A stretch of DNA of 37,979 nucleotides, taken from positions 1 through 37,979 of the forward strand of contig MU006047.1 of the NCBI GenBank assembly GCA_010093745.1, in the 5' to 3' direction. Shown here piece by piece: positions 10,459-21,588 of this stretch. The DNA comes from Piedraia hortae CBS 480.64. Its lineage: Eukaryota. The translations under genes and the position numbers were made by a program. The notes beneath the pieces were generated by a model that searched no databases, was not told the origin of the DNA, and worked only from the letters and a program-made list of their open reading frames with translations. Numbering within the stretch: the first letter of the stretch is position 1; each line of letters begins with the position of its first letter.

Positions 10459-11540
10459 ATGAAGAGACTTTCAGGAGCCCTCAAGCGTAACCGCAATGAA
10501 GAAATAAGTCCCTTTTCGCCTTCATCAGACTCTGCCTATGCCAGCAGTGACGGACCGTCGTTGCGGGATTCCAAACGGTCATCCGAGATGGTTCCAGTGT
10601 CGTCCAATAACGACAACCGCAACCTGGCAATGAACCCGTCAACTGGAGAAGTCGTAGACGAAGATACCGGCGAGTTGGTGACTGTTACCACGACCACAGT
10701 TACCACGACCACCACGACTAGACCTGGCAAGAAGAATACGACATCCCATGGCCAGGGAGCTGCTGAACAACCCCGTGTACAAAGCGTGGCTTCCTCCCGA
10801 AACGAGCCGCAGACTCCAGTTACCACCCAGCAGCAAACCATCACCGCTCCGGAGAATCAAAACGCCAACTTTAACAGCCAAGGAACCTCCGTTACGCCCA
10901 CGCATGGACAGAATTTCAGCTATCCCAGACGCCAGGTTGAAGGCACTGATCAAGAAGCAACCAAACCGAAGGGAGCAATGGCTAACCTGAAAGCCGCAGC
11001 TATGGGCATTCATGTAACTTTACCCTCTTCCATCAAGTTAACCAATTCTAACATGAAGTTTAGGGAGTCGGCGAAACCCTCCGCGGAACAATAAATTCAG
11101 AAATGGACTCACGTTTTGCAGGGCGTAATCCCGCCAAAGCCGAAGCTGCTCGTACCCGCAACGCCGCCGTCCTCCAACGAGGCGAGCAGGAAATGGCAAG
11201 CGTGTATCATCCAGGCGGCATGCAGAATGCATACCCCCAAGCTCAAGGTCAAATGATGCCAACCCAAACCAACATGTTCCCCCACCAAGGCACCACGATG
11301 CAACCTCAAGGCCACATCCCCGAAAACCCCTACGGCCCAGACCCAACCGCCCCACAATTCCACGGACAAAACACGATGATGCCGGCTGGAAACCAAATGA
11401 TGGGCAACCAAATGCCAATGGCAGGACAAGGAGGGATGGGATCCATTCCGGAGCAAAATGAATATGGATACGCGCAAGGACAGGGACATGGAGAGAGTGG
11501 GCTTAAGAAGTTGCTTAAACGACGGCCGGTGGGGAGTTAG
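10459..11540 (+). CDS. Conserved fungal hypothetical protein, 2 exons (10459-11013, 11064-11540), ~343 aa
   Basis: Intron 11014-11063 (GTAACT..CTAAC..TAG) joins the two ORFs into LKAAAMGIH|GVGETLRGTINSEMDSRF. T/S/Q-rich N-half and M/Q/G/P-rich tail. Confidence 0.75.
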
Positions 11541-12014
11541 TTTTATGATATGAGGGTGGAGTGCGGTTGTCGTAGCTAGGTTTTATGGGATTTTCGGTGC
11601 GTTTATGGCTATTCTGATTGAGCGATGCTTATGAAAGTGATGAGGTCATGAAAATGGGTAGGTAGTCTGAATTCACCAGTTATTGCATTCAGGCAGCGTA
11701 AAGGACCTATAGATGCATTCTATAGGAATTCGATAAGGAAGGGAAAATGCTCATGACGATAGGACACAGCTAGAAGGTCACAAGCAAAGCTGCTTACTCA
11801 TCACAGATGGGTAGGAGGGGTCAGAAGGAAAAGAAAACAGAAGAAATAGATGGTAGCGATAAAAGACGGCAGAGGGCAGAGAAAACACAAAGGTATCCGA
11901 CAGAAAAAGCTATGAGCAAAACTGCGCATCACGAACATAAGCAGCAACGGTGAATGAGACCAAAGCAAAAGCAGGTAACTATTCTAGCCCAGTTCCACAA
12001 TCACGAAGAGAACA

Positions 12015-13385
12015 TTACGTCGTTTTCTTAAGCGTAGACGGATCATTCTTGATGTTAATATCCTGGTGTCCGGCAATGTTGAGGGCGTTGATGAGTTTGA
12101 CGGTGATGGGTTCAAGGTTAAGGCCTAGGGCCAAGGGCTCGAGGTCCTCAGTCGAGGTAATCTCATTGCATCCCGAGGTGGGAGTTGCGGAGAAGGCACC
12201 AGTGACGAACTTGAACGATTGGGGGAAACCGACAATCTCAGTTGTAGCGTGTCCGCCGTCTTTGACAGTGTTGAAGGTAACGGAGGCGCCGTCGGCGCAC
12301 CAAGCGTTGAAAGTGGTGTGGGCGTCGTTGTAGGGAATGATTTCGTCCCCGGGAGCGTGGTACATGTATACCGGTGGCTTAGGGGTTTCGTCAGGATTGA
12401 CTCCCATGGTTTGCTTGGCGAGGACGGCTGCAATCTGGGGTTGGCTGAAGAAGCTGCTGCCTAGTTTCTGGAAGTTGGTACTGAGAATAGACTTGAAGGC
12501 GAGGGCAATAACGTCGTCAGGCCCGCAGTTTTTGCTGGCAAAATCTAGGGCTGCGTTGCCAGCCGTCGTGATGTCTTGGCTGAAGACAGACTGGATACTG
12601 CTGCCATATGTGCTGGTTCTGCTAAGACCCACGAGGGCCGGAGGCAGGAAGCCGGCGAAGACCGTGCCGTCGACGTAATAGGCGGTGCCGGTCAAATTAG
12701 CGGGCGTGCCGCCCATGGACCAACCCTTGATGTTGAGTTCTGGTGCGTACTTGGGTTGTAGAGATGCCGCCCAGCCAGTAGCAATGGATCCACCAGAGTA
12801 GCCAGTACCAACAATCATGGGGTTCTGGGCCGTCAGGCCAAGGGGACCGCCGTAGTTGATGACTGCACGCATGGAATCAAGAACACCCATGCCAGCTAGA
12901 CGTCCAGCTCCAAAGGCAGCTTCGGGACCCTCATAATCGGATGAAACGACAATGTATCCTGAAAGAAGGTAGGCCTGGATGAGGAACTCCTCAACTTCTG
13001 TGATAAGGTCACTGGTAACCAGCGATCCAAGCTGATATGTGTAGCTGGGGTCACAGCGAGTGGCAGCACTGTCATAGGCGGTTTGAAAGGAGATGAACCG
13101 ATCAGTCTTGGCTCCCGCTAGTGGTTTGAAGATTGTCGTGACAGTGGAGATAGCTGATCCATCGATTGCTGAAGTGCGATAAAGCAGCTGGTGGGCCTCG
13201 ACAGGAGCGATGACAACTCCAGAGAACGATGGAACGATGAGCCGACTGCGCAGGACAGCCCCAGGGGCCTTTGATTCGTAACCGGCCGGCGGTCTGTAGA
13301 AAGGATCAAGGTCGGGGAGCAGAGCTCCCAAGGCAACGCTGGTGTTGAGCAACAACAGGCCGGCGAGATTGCGGAGGTTCAGCAT
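12015..13385 (-). CDS. Secretory lipase (LIP / CAL-A-like family), 456 aa
   Basis: Signal peptide; DPFYRPPAGYESKAPGAVLRSR; SDYEGP; nucleophile motif GYSGG; YAPELNIKG; HAPGDEIIP; GGHAT. Confidence 0.92.
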   Translation of the reverse strand: MLNLRNLAGLLLLNTSVALGALLPDLDPFYRPPAGYESKAPGAVLRSRLIVPSFSGVVIAPVEAHQLLYRTSAIDGSAISTVTTIFKPLAGAKTDRFISFQTAYDSAATRCDPSYTYQLGSLVTSDLITEVEEFLIQAYLLSGYIVVSSDYEGPEAAFGAGRLAGMGVLDSMRAVINYGGPLGLTAQNPMIVGTGYSGGSIATGWAASLQPKYAPELNIKGWSMGGTPANLTGTAYYVDGTVFAGFLPPALVGLSRTSTYGSSIQSVFSQDITTAGNAALDFASKNCGPDDVIALAFKSILSTNFQKLGSSFFSQPQIAAVLAKQTMGVNPDETPKPPVYMYHAPGDEIIPYNDAHTTFNAWCADGASVTFNTVKDGGHATTEIVGFPQSFKFVTGAFSATPTSGCNEITSTEDLEPLALGLNLEPITVKLINALNIAGHQDINIKNDPSTLKKTT

Positions 13386-13436
13386 GATGAAGTGAAGAAC
13401 GAGGGAATGATGATGTGCTTGAGTCCAACCCGTAAC

Positions 13437-13445
13437 TTTTATATA
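13437..13445 (-). promoter_or_regulatory. TATA box of lipase gene
   Basis: TATATAAAA on the minus strand ~55 nt upstream of ATG 13385. Confidence 0.55.
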
Positions 13446-14169
13446 ACCAATTCGCTACCGAGGCTTCACTGCGTGATCTGGAACGGTGCATTGCAGCAGC
13501 ATCAACCGATCATGTGAGGCATCCATTGGGCGCGGCATTGTGGGATTGCCAGCAAGGATCTCATGCCAAGCCACAGCCTCCTCATCGTCAGAGGCATTCG
13601 CAAGACTTGTGACGACCTGGTGGATTTTCGAGGCTAGAACTGAAATCGGAAGTCTGCCTTGGTACCACCGAATGCTAAAAGGCATTTCCGTTGTAGATAT
13701 CCTGGCAGGTTCCTGAATGTTGAGTGAGCACACTTCGGGCACTGTCCGTGACACTGTTGTTGATTTTGGGTTCTCCTGATTGCTCATCGGTGAGCTCTTG
13801 GCAGCCGCGTTGAAGAATGTTCACGCAGATATGGTCATATCTACGCAACCTCGCCAGACCCAAGAGTGTGATGAGTCGCATTATCGTTTACTCTCAATCA
13901 CGGCGGTGGCTGATCCCAAAGGTAACGTTCCCCGGGCCTCGGAAGCCGTCTTGTTTTGTGGCGGCCGTTTTTTTGCCACAAGTACCCACTGTTCCTTCGC
14001 GTGTGATGCAGGCACTGGAATCATAGGGCGTCAAGATTTCAGCCGCGTCATTGACATGCATGCCGACCTGACTTTAGTAAAATAAGCAAGATCATGGTTG
14101 GAATCATCAATGAAAAAAATCTTCAAGTTATCCGAAGGATTCTGATAGCTAATACGAGATTGATGCCCC

Positions 14170-15915
14170 CTATGAACTTCGTTTCCCCATAGGCTCGAAA
14201 GGATAGACAGCTGCCGTGGCTGCCAAGACGATATAAAGCGCCGCACACAAGTAAATGGGCACCGGTGTGGCCGTACCGGCGTAGGTGGCAACAATGGCCG
14301 ACATGATCCCCATGAGGCGGTTAAAAGCAATGGCGATGCCGTTGCCCGTGCCGCGGTGCGCTGCTGGCAACACTTCGGGCGTATAGGCGTACAGAGTTCC
14401 ATAGTAGATGTTCTAGAAGTCACAATCAGTACCGAGGCGTGGAGCGAGGCTGCAGAGTGCAGGAATGGGAAGGATTTCTGCGCTCACTAAGCAAAAGGAA
14501 ATTGCTGCCGTGAATCCCTGATTTTCAGCTTGTGTTTTGACGGCTAAATAATGTCAGCTACGATTAAGAAGACATATGAAGACTCACCTGTGTATGCAAA
14601 GAACCAAATCATTGTTAGCAAAGCTGCCCACACGTTAGTTGGGGCATCGCCAGTGACTTGTAAGAGCTAACCCCCTATTATCATAGTCCCGCGGCGGCCT
14701 GGCTTCGTCAGCGGGAGCATAACATCGAAAGAACTGCATACCCCAGAACCAGCGGCTTCTGGCCATTAAGCCAGCCAAGATAGGCGACGGTATCCCGCAG
14801 AGATTATCCACGGCGTAATACTGCCACTGCTTGGAAACACTGAGATGACCCAACTTTGCACCGCGCGTTCGCAGGTACGTGGGTAAGAAGACATTATACA
14901 AGGGATACGCGAGACCAATAAGGAGCCAGGACCACCACACCAGAGTGGTGGACAGGGCCAACTTCTTCGTGGCGAAGAGGCCGCGTAAATGAATTCTGGT
15001 GTCAGTCAGAGAGAAGCGTTTCCTAGGCTTGACATCAGTCTTGCCACATTCTGACAACATCTGCAGTGTCAGGCTGCAAGGCCGATTGTATTTTGTTGCA
15101 ATGAACTGCAGAGTCTCGACAACCTCACTATCTCGGCCCTCTGCCAGTAAAAACTTTGGAGTCTCTCGTAACCGAATGATGGTAATCCGTGCAATAGCCA
15201 TTATAAAGACAAGTGCGCCATTAGCGAACCATACGTAGCGCCAACCAGGATTGGTGTGCCAGTTGCAGGGCATCTCGGGCGTGGATGGGCCTGGACAGCT
15301 ATAGTTTGGCAGAAAAGCCCATGCAAATAAGCCAGCAATGAGCTGGCCGACACCCCACCATGCAGCCATGAGGGTTAAAAGCCATTGCTTCCGGGATGGC
15401 AGGTATTCAAGAAAGACGACAGTATCAAGCACCAGATTCCCACCAGATCCAAAGGCGGAGAGACAGACAAATAGCCCCAAAACTATCCAGTTGGGCGCGG
15501 CACCGGCCACGAGACAAAAGATGGCACTCAACATTAGCGACACATTGAAAGCATATTTGCGCCCGATGATATCGGCTGAAAAGCCCCAGAACAGGGCCCC
15601 TGTCAACATGCCGACATAGACTGCAATGGTCAGGCCGTTTTCGAAACTCGGTTTGAACTCATAGCGCGCATTAGTCGCAATGATGGACTGAATGAGAATC
15701 ATCTGGCTGTCTACGGCATAACCAAAGCCGTTCAGGACGAAAAGCTTCCACTGATACCACGTCATGCCAATTTCATCGATAGCATCGTTGACCAAGTGCA
15801 TTTTCGAGTTTAGCACCGGATCAACGTGCTCTTGGCCCAAAAGATCGCCCTTTCGCATGGAACCACCGTCGCCTGAAACGGCCATGGTGTCGTTTTTGGA
15901 TCTTTCTTGGGCCAT
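14170..15915 (-). CDS. MFS transporter (SV2-like sugar/other transporter), 5 exons (15915-14742, 14698-14672, 14623-14588, 14543-14488, 14412-14170), ~511 aa
   Basis: IDEIGMTWYQWKLFVLNGFGYAVD; MFS motif A ADIIGRKYAFN; GGNLVLDTVVFLEYLP; RETPKFLL. Four GT-AG introns restore GRRGTMIIGALLT...NIYYGTLYAYTPEVLPAAHRGTG with the frame conserved. Confidence 0.9.
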
Positions 15916-16170
15916 TGTGAATGATGGATGGATGGACGTCCATGTCTACTCCTCGCTAAAGAACTCACGTGGTCAATTGCGTTGGTGTGGCGCCACGTGT
16001 TGCTACCAAAGGACGTCGGTTCGTTGGTGCTGACGGGCGGCGTCGGGACCACCCGTGCCCCGCTTGGGGTCCAATTTCTTGAAACACCAGTGGCTGGGTA
16101 TACAAGTGGCTGGCAACACTGGCATCACCTTCCTCAAAGTCGCGTCCAAAACATTCATTTTTCTGTCGTC

Positions 16171-17029
16171 ATGAATCCTCTCGTCAGTCTCTCGCTGCTT
16201 GTGCTTCCCCTCGTCACCGCCCAGCAACATGGTCCTCCAGGCGGTCCTCCCGGTGGCGGATTCAACATTCCTGACATTGGCCACCCAATCTCGTCATGGG
16301 CCGCCGCTCACACGAGTGACTGGTCGTCGCTCGGCTCGCAGTTCAGTTCATGGACTTCAGCTGCCGGTGTGACGAGCTTGCCGACAGCATCTTCACAGTG
16401 GGCCTCTTTGACATCCGCGCATCCGCTTCCCAGTCAACTCAGCAGTATTGCGGGTGCAGGCACTGCTTGGGGTGGTCCTCAAGGCGCAGGACATCCTGGC
16501 TGGAATCCCGGAGCCGGCCTTGGTCCCTTCGGTGCCGGTATGGCCAATGGATGGGGACCTTGGGCTACCATCTCCAACCGGCCGTGGACGTCGGGGCCTT
16601 GGACAGCTTGGTGGGGCACTAATGCCTGTCCTCCGAGCACGTGGTCCGGTACGTCTTGAAGCCCCTTTATTTCAATTACACTGCCTAACATGAAATACAG
16701 GATGGACTTCTGGTCCTTGGGCATCAGGCGCTCCTTGGACAACGTGGTCGGCTTGCACTGCGAGTACCACTGCTACATCTGTTATCACGGCCACCATCAC
16801 TACAGGCGGGACCCAATCTGTGCAGACAACTACGTCATTTGGTGTAAAGGTTGCTCAGGCTTCGGGCGATCTGAGCAGTGCTAGCGGCGGAAATTCCGTT
16901 GCGTCTGGCACTTCATCTAGTGGATCTTCTACAACAGCAAACTCGGCTGCCGCACCTAACCACTCCATCGGGGTTGCGGCCGCAGGGTTCGCCGTTATCG
17001 GCCTCCTTGTCGGGTGTATTGCTCTGTAG
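16171..17029 (+). CDS. Secreted, probably GPI-anchored Trp/Gly/Ser/Thr-rich protein, 2 exons (16171-16648, 16701-17029), ~268 aa
   Basis: Signal peptide MNPLVSLSLLVLPLVTA; intron 16649-16700 (GTACGT..CTAAC..CAG); S/T-rich stalk; C-terminal NSAA omega-like site plus hydrophobic tail IGVAAAGFAVIGLLVGCIAL. Confidence 0.82.
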
Positions 17030-17134
17030 ACGCCCGCATTCATCGAGGCGTTGTGGAAAGAATGGAGCTGCATGGCTTGTAAATAGACTCGATAATGATT
17101 AACGTGAGTGTAATGCTGTGAGATCTGTTCTTGG

Positions 17135-18619
17135 TCAATGACCGCTTGGTGGCTTCTTCCGTATTCTCCCGGTTCGGGAGATCCAATCGTTGCCAACGTC
17201 AAGAATGCTCTGATTTGTCTCTCTTTCCACTACTGCCTTGATATCAACGCAGCAATTGTCCTTGAGACGTCCAACAATGCACCTATTCCTTGTGCTCGGG
17301 ATCCGCAGAACTTCTTCATCCACATTAAAGCCAGCATCTCGACCCATCTTCGACACATACGCGCAGAGTGAGGAATAAGCCGACGGCATTTTCCGTTGGG
17401 CTTCTGTTTGCTTGAGGGACCCGGTCTCTGGGCCATTTCCTTTCACTTCTTCCAGCTGTTGAGGCAGATAAGCCGAGCCTGGAGCGCGAAAGCGTGCGCC
17501 CGTAAGACTGTGACTGCAGCATGGAATGGCAATGAAGTTTGATTTATTAAGTCGAGCGAGCAGAGGCGTCCACGCCGTTAACTCATCCGCGTGGTTCGAA
17601 ACGATAAACGTGCCCGGTTTGAAAACGCCATTATGCCAATCCTCTTCGGCCGAGTCAGTAGTTTGCAGAATCTGCGGAACGATAATAGCTTTTCTCAACC
17701 TCTCACGAACCCAAGGTGGGAAGGTCCCCCAAGTCTTTCTCTCACGAGCGTCTAAACCCCAACCAGTATACCCCTCAACACTGAGGATATACACCAACAA
17801 CCCATTCCCACACCCAACATCAACAAACCCAGGAAAATCTCCATCCCCGTACATATCCCTCCACAACTCTATCAAAAAAGCCGCAATCCCAAGATCCTCA
17901 AACACATGTTTCCCGGGGTCAGTAACCTCAACCCACTGCTCCGCCAACTGGCGACCATACTCCTTTTTAAGCCGAGCATAAGTATCCTGGTATCTCTTCT
18001 GCGGAACCAACCGATCGAGCTGCACACGCTTCTGATACCCCGCTAATCGGCCCTGGCCGTGCTTATGAACAGTCTGAAGCATGCGCAATGCCGTGCGCTC
18101 GAGTTTCGTAGACAAGCCTTCTTTGAACAAACCGTAGGATATAGCCAGCGTGTAGGTGTCTGATCCTTGGATCTGTTGGTGGGTGAACGCAAGCGCGGAG
18201 ACAGCAGGATGGTAGAATGGCATATCCTCCTTGCGGGCTACGTGCGGGAGGTACAGTACCGCTTCCTTGCCATTTCTTTGGAGGAAATGGCATGTTTGTT
18301 GCAAAGGCCGGTCGAGCTGCGGGTTTCGTGGAACGAGTGCACAGACAATTGTCCGCTGGTGGTACCATCCGGGTAGAGATGCCGGTCTAGCTTCGTGTGA
18401 GTAGTTAGGGTCCTTGTTCATGTTGCTGTCATGTAGGATATCTGCCCGGAAGAGAAGACTGGATATGACGTTGGGGTTACGGATAACGTCTAGCATCACA
18501 TCGCGGAAAATATCGGGTGGGAATGTGCACGGTGAGGAGAGGATGGTTACCCATGGCTCGGTTTCTCGCTGCACGACTGGTGGAGTTTCTAGACATTGTT
18601 TTGGCTGCCAGGTCGTCAT
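17135..18619 (-). CDS. TRM44: tRNA(Ser) Um44 2'-O-methyltransferase, ~494 aa
   Basis: KHVFEDLGIAAFLIELW; FVDVGCGNGLLVYIL; IVSNHADELT.W.P; IPCCSH; LRIPSTRN. First ATG at 18619. Confidence 0.92.
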   Translation of the reverse strand: MTTWQPKQCLETPPVVQRETEPWVTILSSPCTFPPDIFRDVMLDVIRNPNVISSLLFRADILHDSNMNKDPNYSHEARPASLPGWYHQRTIVCALVPRNPQLDRPLQQTCHFLQRNGKEAVLYLPHVARKEDMPFYHPAVSALAFTHQQIQGSDTYTLAISYGLFKEGLSTKLERTALRMLQTVHKHGQGRLAGYQKRVQLDRLVPQKRYQDTYARLKKEYGRQLAEQWVEVTDPGKHVFEDLGIAAFLIELWRDMYGDGDFPGFVDVGCGNGLLVYILSVEGYTGWGLDARERKTWGTFPPWVRERLRKAIIVPQILQTTDSAEEDWHNGVFKPGTFIVSNHADELTAWTPLLARLNKSNFIAIPCCSHSLTGARFRAPGSAYLPQQLEEVKGNGPETGSLKQTEAQRKMPSAYSSLCAYVSKMGRDAGFNVDEEVLRIPSTRNRCIVGRLKDNCCVDIKAVVERETNQSILDVGNDWISRTGRIRKKPPSGH

Positions 18620-18890
18620 CGAATATTCAGTGGGTTGTGTGTTGTGCACGAGCCGTTTTCAGATATTTTCGAGAATACGGATGGCCTTTGGCAAAGAGCT
18701 CTACAAGTTACATGATATATCATTCTGTTATGTACATTGGTCTATGAATGGCTTCTCTAACGTCTCTAAAATGTTACAGCTCTGCTATGTAATTTGCTGG
18801 TTCTGCATATGCCTGTGTCCGCACAGTATTAAGACCTGCTTGCTGGTAAGATCATTATATCATCGCATCATCTTGAAGCGTTACTAGCGC

Positions 18891-19820
18891 TCAAGTATCC
18901 AGTTCTAGGACCTTGCGGAGTTCTGGAATCTCCGTATGGTCCCGATAGTTTCGCATACGATGACACCAAAGAACCTCGCCGTCTTCAAAGAGGAATTCGC
19001 CGCCAATCTGCATCGGGTTGCCTCCACGCAAGACGTCGCGCTTGCGAATGCCGTCAGGGTCCTTGAGGCTACGGCTTATCGTTTTGACCTGCCCAGCTAG
19101 CCAGCTAGGCACGCTGATATCCTTCATGTAATCCGGCCGTTCGTGTCCAAGGTTAAGATTGGCAACCATTCCCAGCTTCTTGAAGAGGCGTCGCGTAGGC
19201 TCGGCATAAATAGGAAACGGACAACTGGTGAACTTTCTATAGTGCGGTATCAGCTCGGGATGGCCGCAGCCAATGACGAATATGCTCGTTGGAGTAGGCA
19301 TGGAAAAGTAGTCATTGTGGGTGATGGAACGACTAATGGCCTGCAGATAAGCTTGACAGGCTCCACAGTAGAAGTGCCGGATGAAGAGAAAAAGCTGGCG
19401 CTGGTGTAAAGCGTAGACAGGGTCGAAAAGAGAGCCAAACGGGACGGCAACTCCCTCCGCATCGTAGAGAGGTATGTCATAAACGGAGGCCAAAAGAGCA
19501 CGATCTGGCTGCTCGTCACTGATTGAAACCGCAGACACAGGGTAGGAGGCAGAGGTGCCAACACACTCTGCTAGCCACTCATCCGGATCAGTTGGGAGCT
19601 GCGAGGACGTAACAGTTGTGGGGGTCCATTCCTCTGATTTTTTTGAATCATAATCAAAGTAAGTCGTTCGGATAGAAGATGAGGCATCCTTGTGGTCGTG
19701 GACATCGGATGTTTCTGAGAGGGGCGATATGGGCGAGAGAGGAGAATCGGGCAGTCTGCAATGTTCCTCGTCAAGAGGAGAGATCGGAGAAGGAGGTGTA
19801 CAAGGTCGGTATGGGTTCAT
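18891..19820 (-). CDS. AhpC/TSA-like thioredoxin-fold protein (peroxiredoxin-like 2 / AAED1 family), 309 aa
   Basis: LFIRHFYCGACQAY (CxxC); VIGCG; PFPIYAEPTRRLFKKLG; QIGGEFLF...WCHRM...DH. Disordered S/P-rich N-terminus. Confidence 0.85.
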   Translation of the reverse strand: MNPYRPCTPPSPISPLDEEHCRLPDSPLSPISPLSETSDVHDHKDASSSIRTTYFDYDSKKSEEWTPTTVTSSQLPTDPDEWLAECVGTSASYPVSAVSISDEQPDRALLASVYDIPLYDAEGVAVPFGSLFDPVYALHQRQLFLFIRHFYCGACQAYLQAISRSITHNDYFSMPTPTSIFVIGCGHPELIPHYRKFTSCPFPIYAEPTRRLFKKLGMVANLNLGHERPDYMKDISVPSWLAGQVKTISRSLKDPDGIRKRDVLRGGNPMQIGGEFLFEDGEVLWCHRMRNYRDHTEIPELRKVLELDT

Positions 19821-20771
19821 GATCCAGGTGCACTGATTAAGGAGTTGAGGGTCGTAGTCAGACCAAGGTGGACTGACGCAAAATATACCGTTCAGGGTGC
19901 GCCACCCAGGTCAACACACCAATGACGCCCATAGCGCGGCCGCAGGCTCGTGCGGCGACCGCTGACGGCGGCCTGAGAGCCCTCCGTGGTCGGACAGCGA
20001 CATCTCCGCGGGCGCCGGCGCTTGTCCGCTTCAGGATGGTACCCGATTTACACCACCCTGTCAACGTCGGCAAACCACTCGTTCACATTTTCAAGATTCA
20101 TGTGGGCCTCGGTTATCGCATCTCCACCACTCAGGGGTCAGGTTAAGGGTGTCAACAAACTGTGCTCTCTGCGACAGCGTCTATGAATTATGGTAGCTTG
20201 GATACGTCCCGAAATAGATCAAGTTACATTTGATGCGATGACCGTGTGAAGGCTGCTTGGTTTGGGGAACCTGCTAAAGAAAGAATATAGGCTATCTTTC
20301 GGCAACGTTGACCAAACTTTTACGTTCCTCGCCTACAGGTCGGCCGTTTTATGATCGCTTAAACTCCGCAGCGAGAACCGGAAAGGGACCGATAGCGAGG
20401 TGCGATACTGTGCCCTGCTTGACAGCATCTTCAATTATTATGTTCAATTATCACCGAACGGTTTTCTGATATATATACGGAGGAAGTGCCATGTAGAATC
20501 CATCAACTGTCAGTTTCAGCCTTATCGCCATATGCAGGAACTGGGTGAGATATACGGGCCGCGGCGCCACAATCTAAAGATCCACGGCTCGGGACTTAAA
20601 TCGCATAATGTGGCTCGGAACGCTCGCCTACAGATGCACGTTATCACCGGCAGCAGATTCCTATATCCAACCAGATCTCTCAACACAGCATTCCTGGTTC
20701 GAGAGCCAAACACTTGGGAAGTTGCTTCCAAATCAGAGGCATCAAGTAGTCGTACATCTTGATACATGAGC

Positions 20772-21370
20772 CTATTCTACCAATCCAGTCCGAGCAGTTA
20801 ACAGATCATCAATGTAGGCCCTACCCGTATTCTTCTTATCCTCTCTCATTATGACGGCAAGGACTTCGATCGCCGGATCAAGTCCCAGTCCGTTGGCCCG
20901 ACACCACCTTCTCTTCCGCGAAATCCCAATGCACGGCTTTGCCATTTGTCAGCAATCTTCTCCACCGAGTTTATACAAAAACAAATACTCACTCCATAGT
21001 GCGTGCTCAAATCCCACTCACGCAGAATCTTTTCATCGCGGGAAAGGCCGTTCTGATGTACTCTTGGCGCTATACGAGAGTTCTCTCTAGCGCTCCAGTA
21101 ATCGTTGATTTGCTGCTCAGTGACCTTATTCCACGGACCAAGTGATTCTTCGTTTTCGTCCTCCTCCTCATGATCAGACTTCTCTACATCGTAGGCGGCA
21201 ACGGTTACTGGTACAACCGGTTTGGGGAGCTCGGCCTTTTTGCGATCAATCGCGGCGGCATTGACGCCGGACTTTGTGACCTTGTTCGTCGCGCTGCGAC
21301 CGTGAAATGAAAGCTGCGACTGATGACTATGCGAGTGTGCTGTGCCAGCAGGCGCATTGCGTTTAGGCAT
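20772..21370 (-). CDS. POLD4: DNA polymerase delta subunit 4 (p12/Cdm1), 2 exons (21370-20993, 20936-20772), ~180 aa
   Basis: PIP-like QSQLSF; RVHQNGLS..EKILREWDLSTHYG|PCIGISRKRRWCRANGLGLDPAIEVLAV after removing intron 20992-20937 (GTGAGT..CTGAC..AAG). Confidence 0.88.
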
Positions 21371-21483
21371 TCTGGATAGTGAGATGTTGGTGCGGAAATG
21401 ACGTTTTACGGTGTGGGGGAGGCTGGCGCCGGAATCGGGAGCTTCCGATTTGCCCCTCCTCGCCCTCTCGACGTCATGCAGTG

Positions 21484-21511
<28 letters not shown>
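21484..21511. repeat. (AC)14 microsatellite
   Basis: Perfect dinucleotide run between the POLD4 start and the MFS stop. Confidence 0.95.
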
Positions 21512-21515
<4 letters not shown>

Positions 21516-21588
21516 CAACATCAGTTTCAATTACACATGATACATAGTTCAAAACTACTATATAAACAAGCTGCTTCACTTGGTACCA

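Noticed and set aside
20200..20767. Short ORFs between the AhpC-like gene and POLD4
   Set aside because: No recognisable motif or consistent splice structure.
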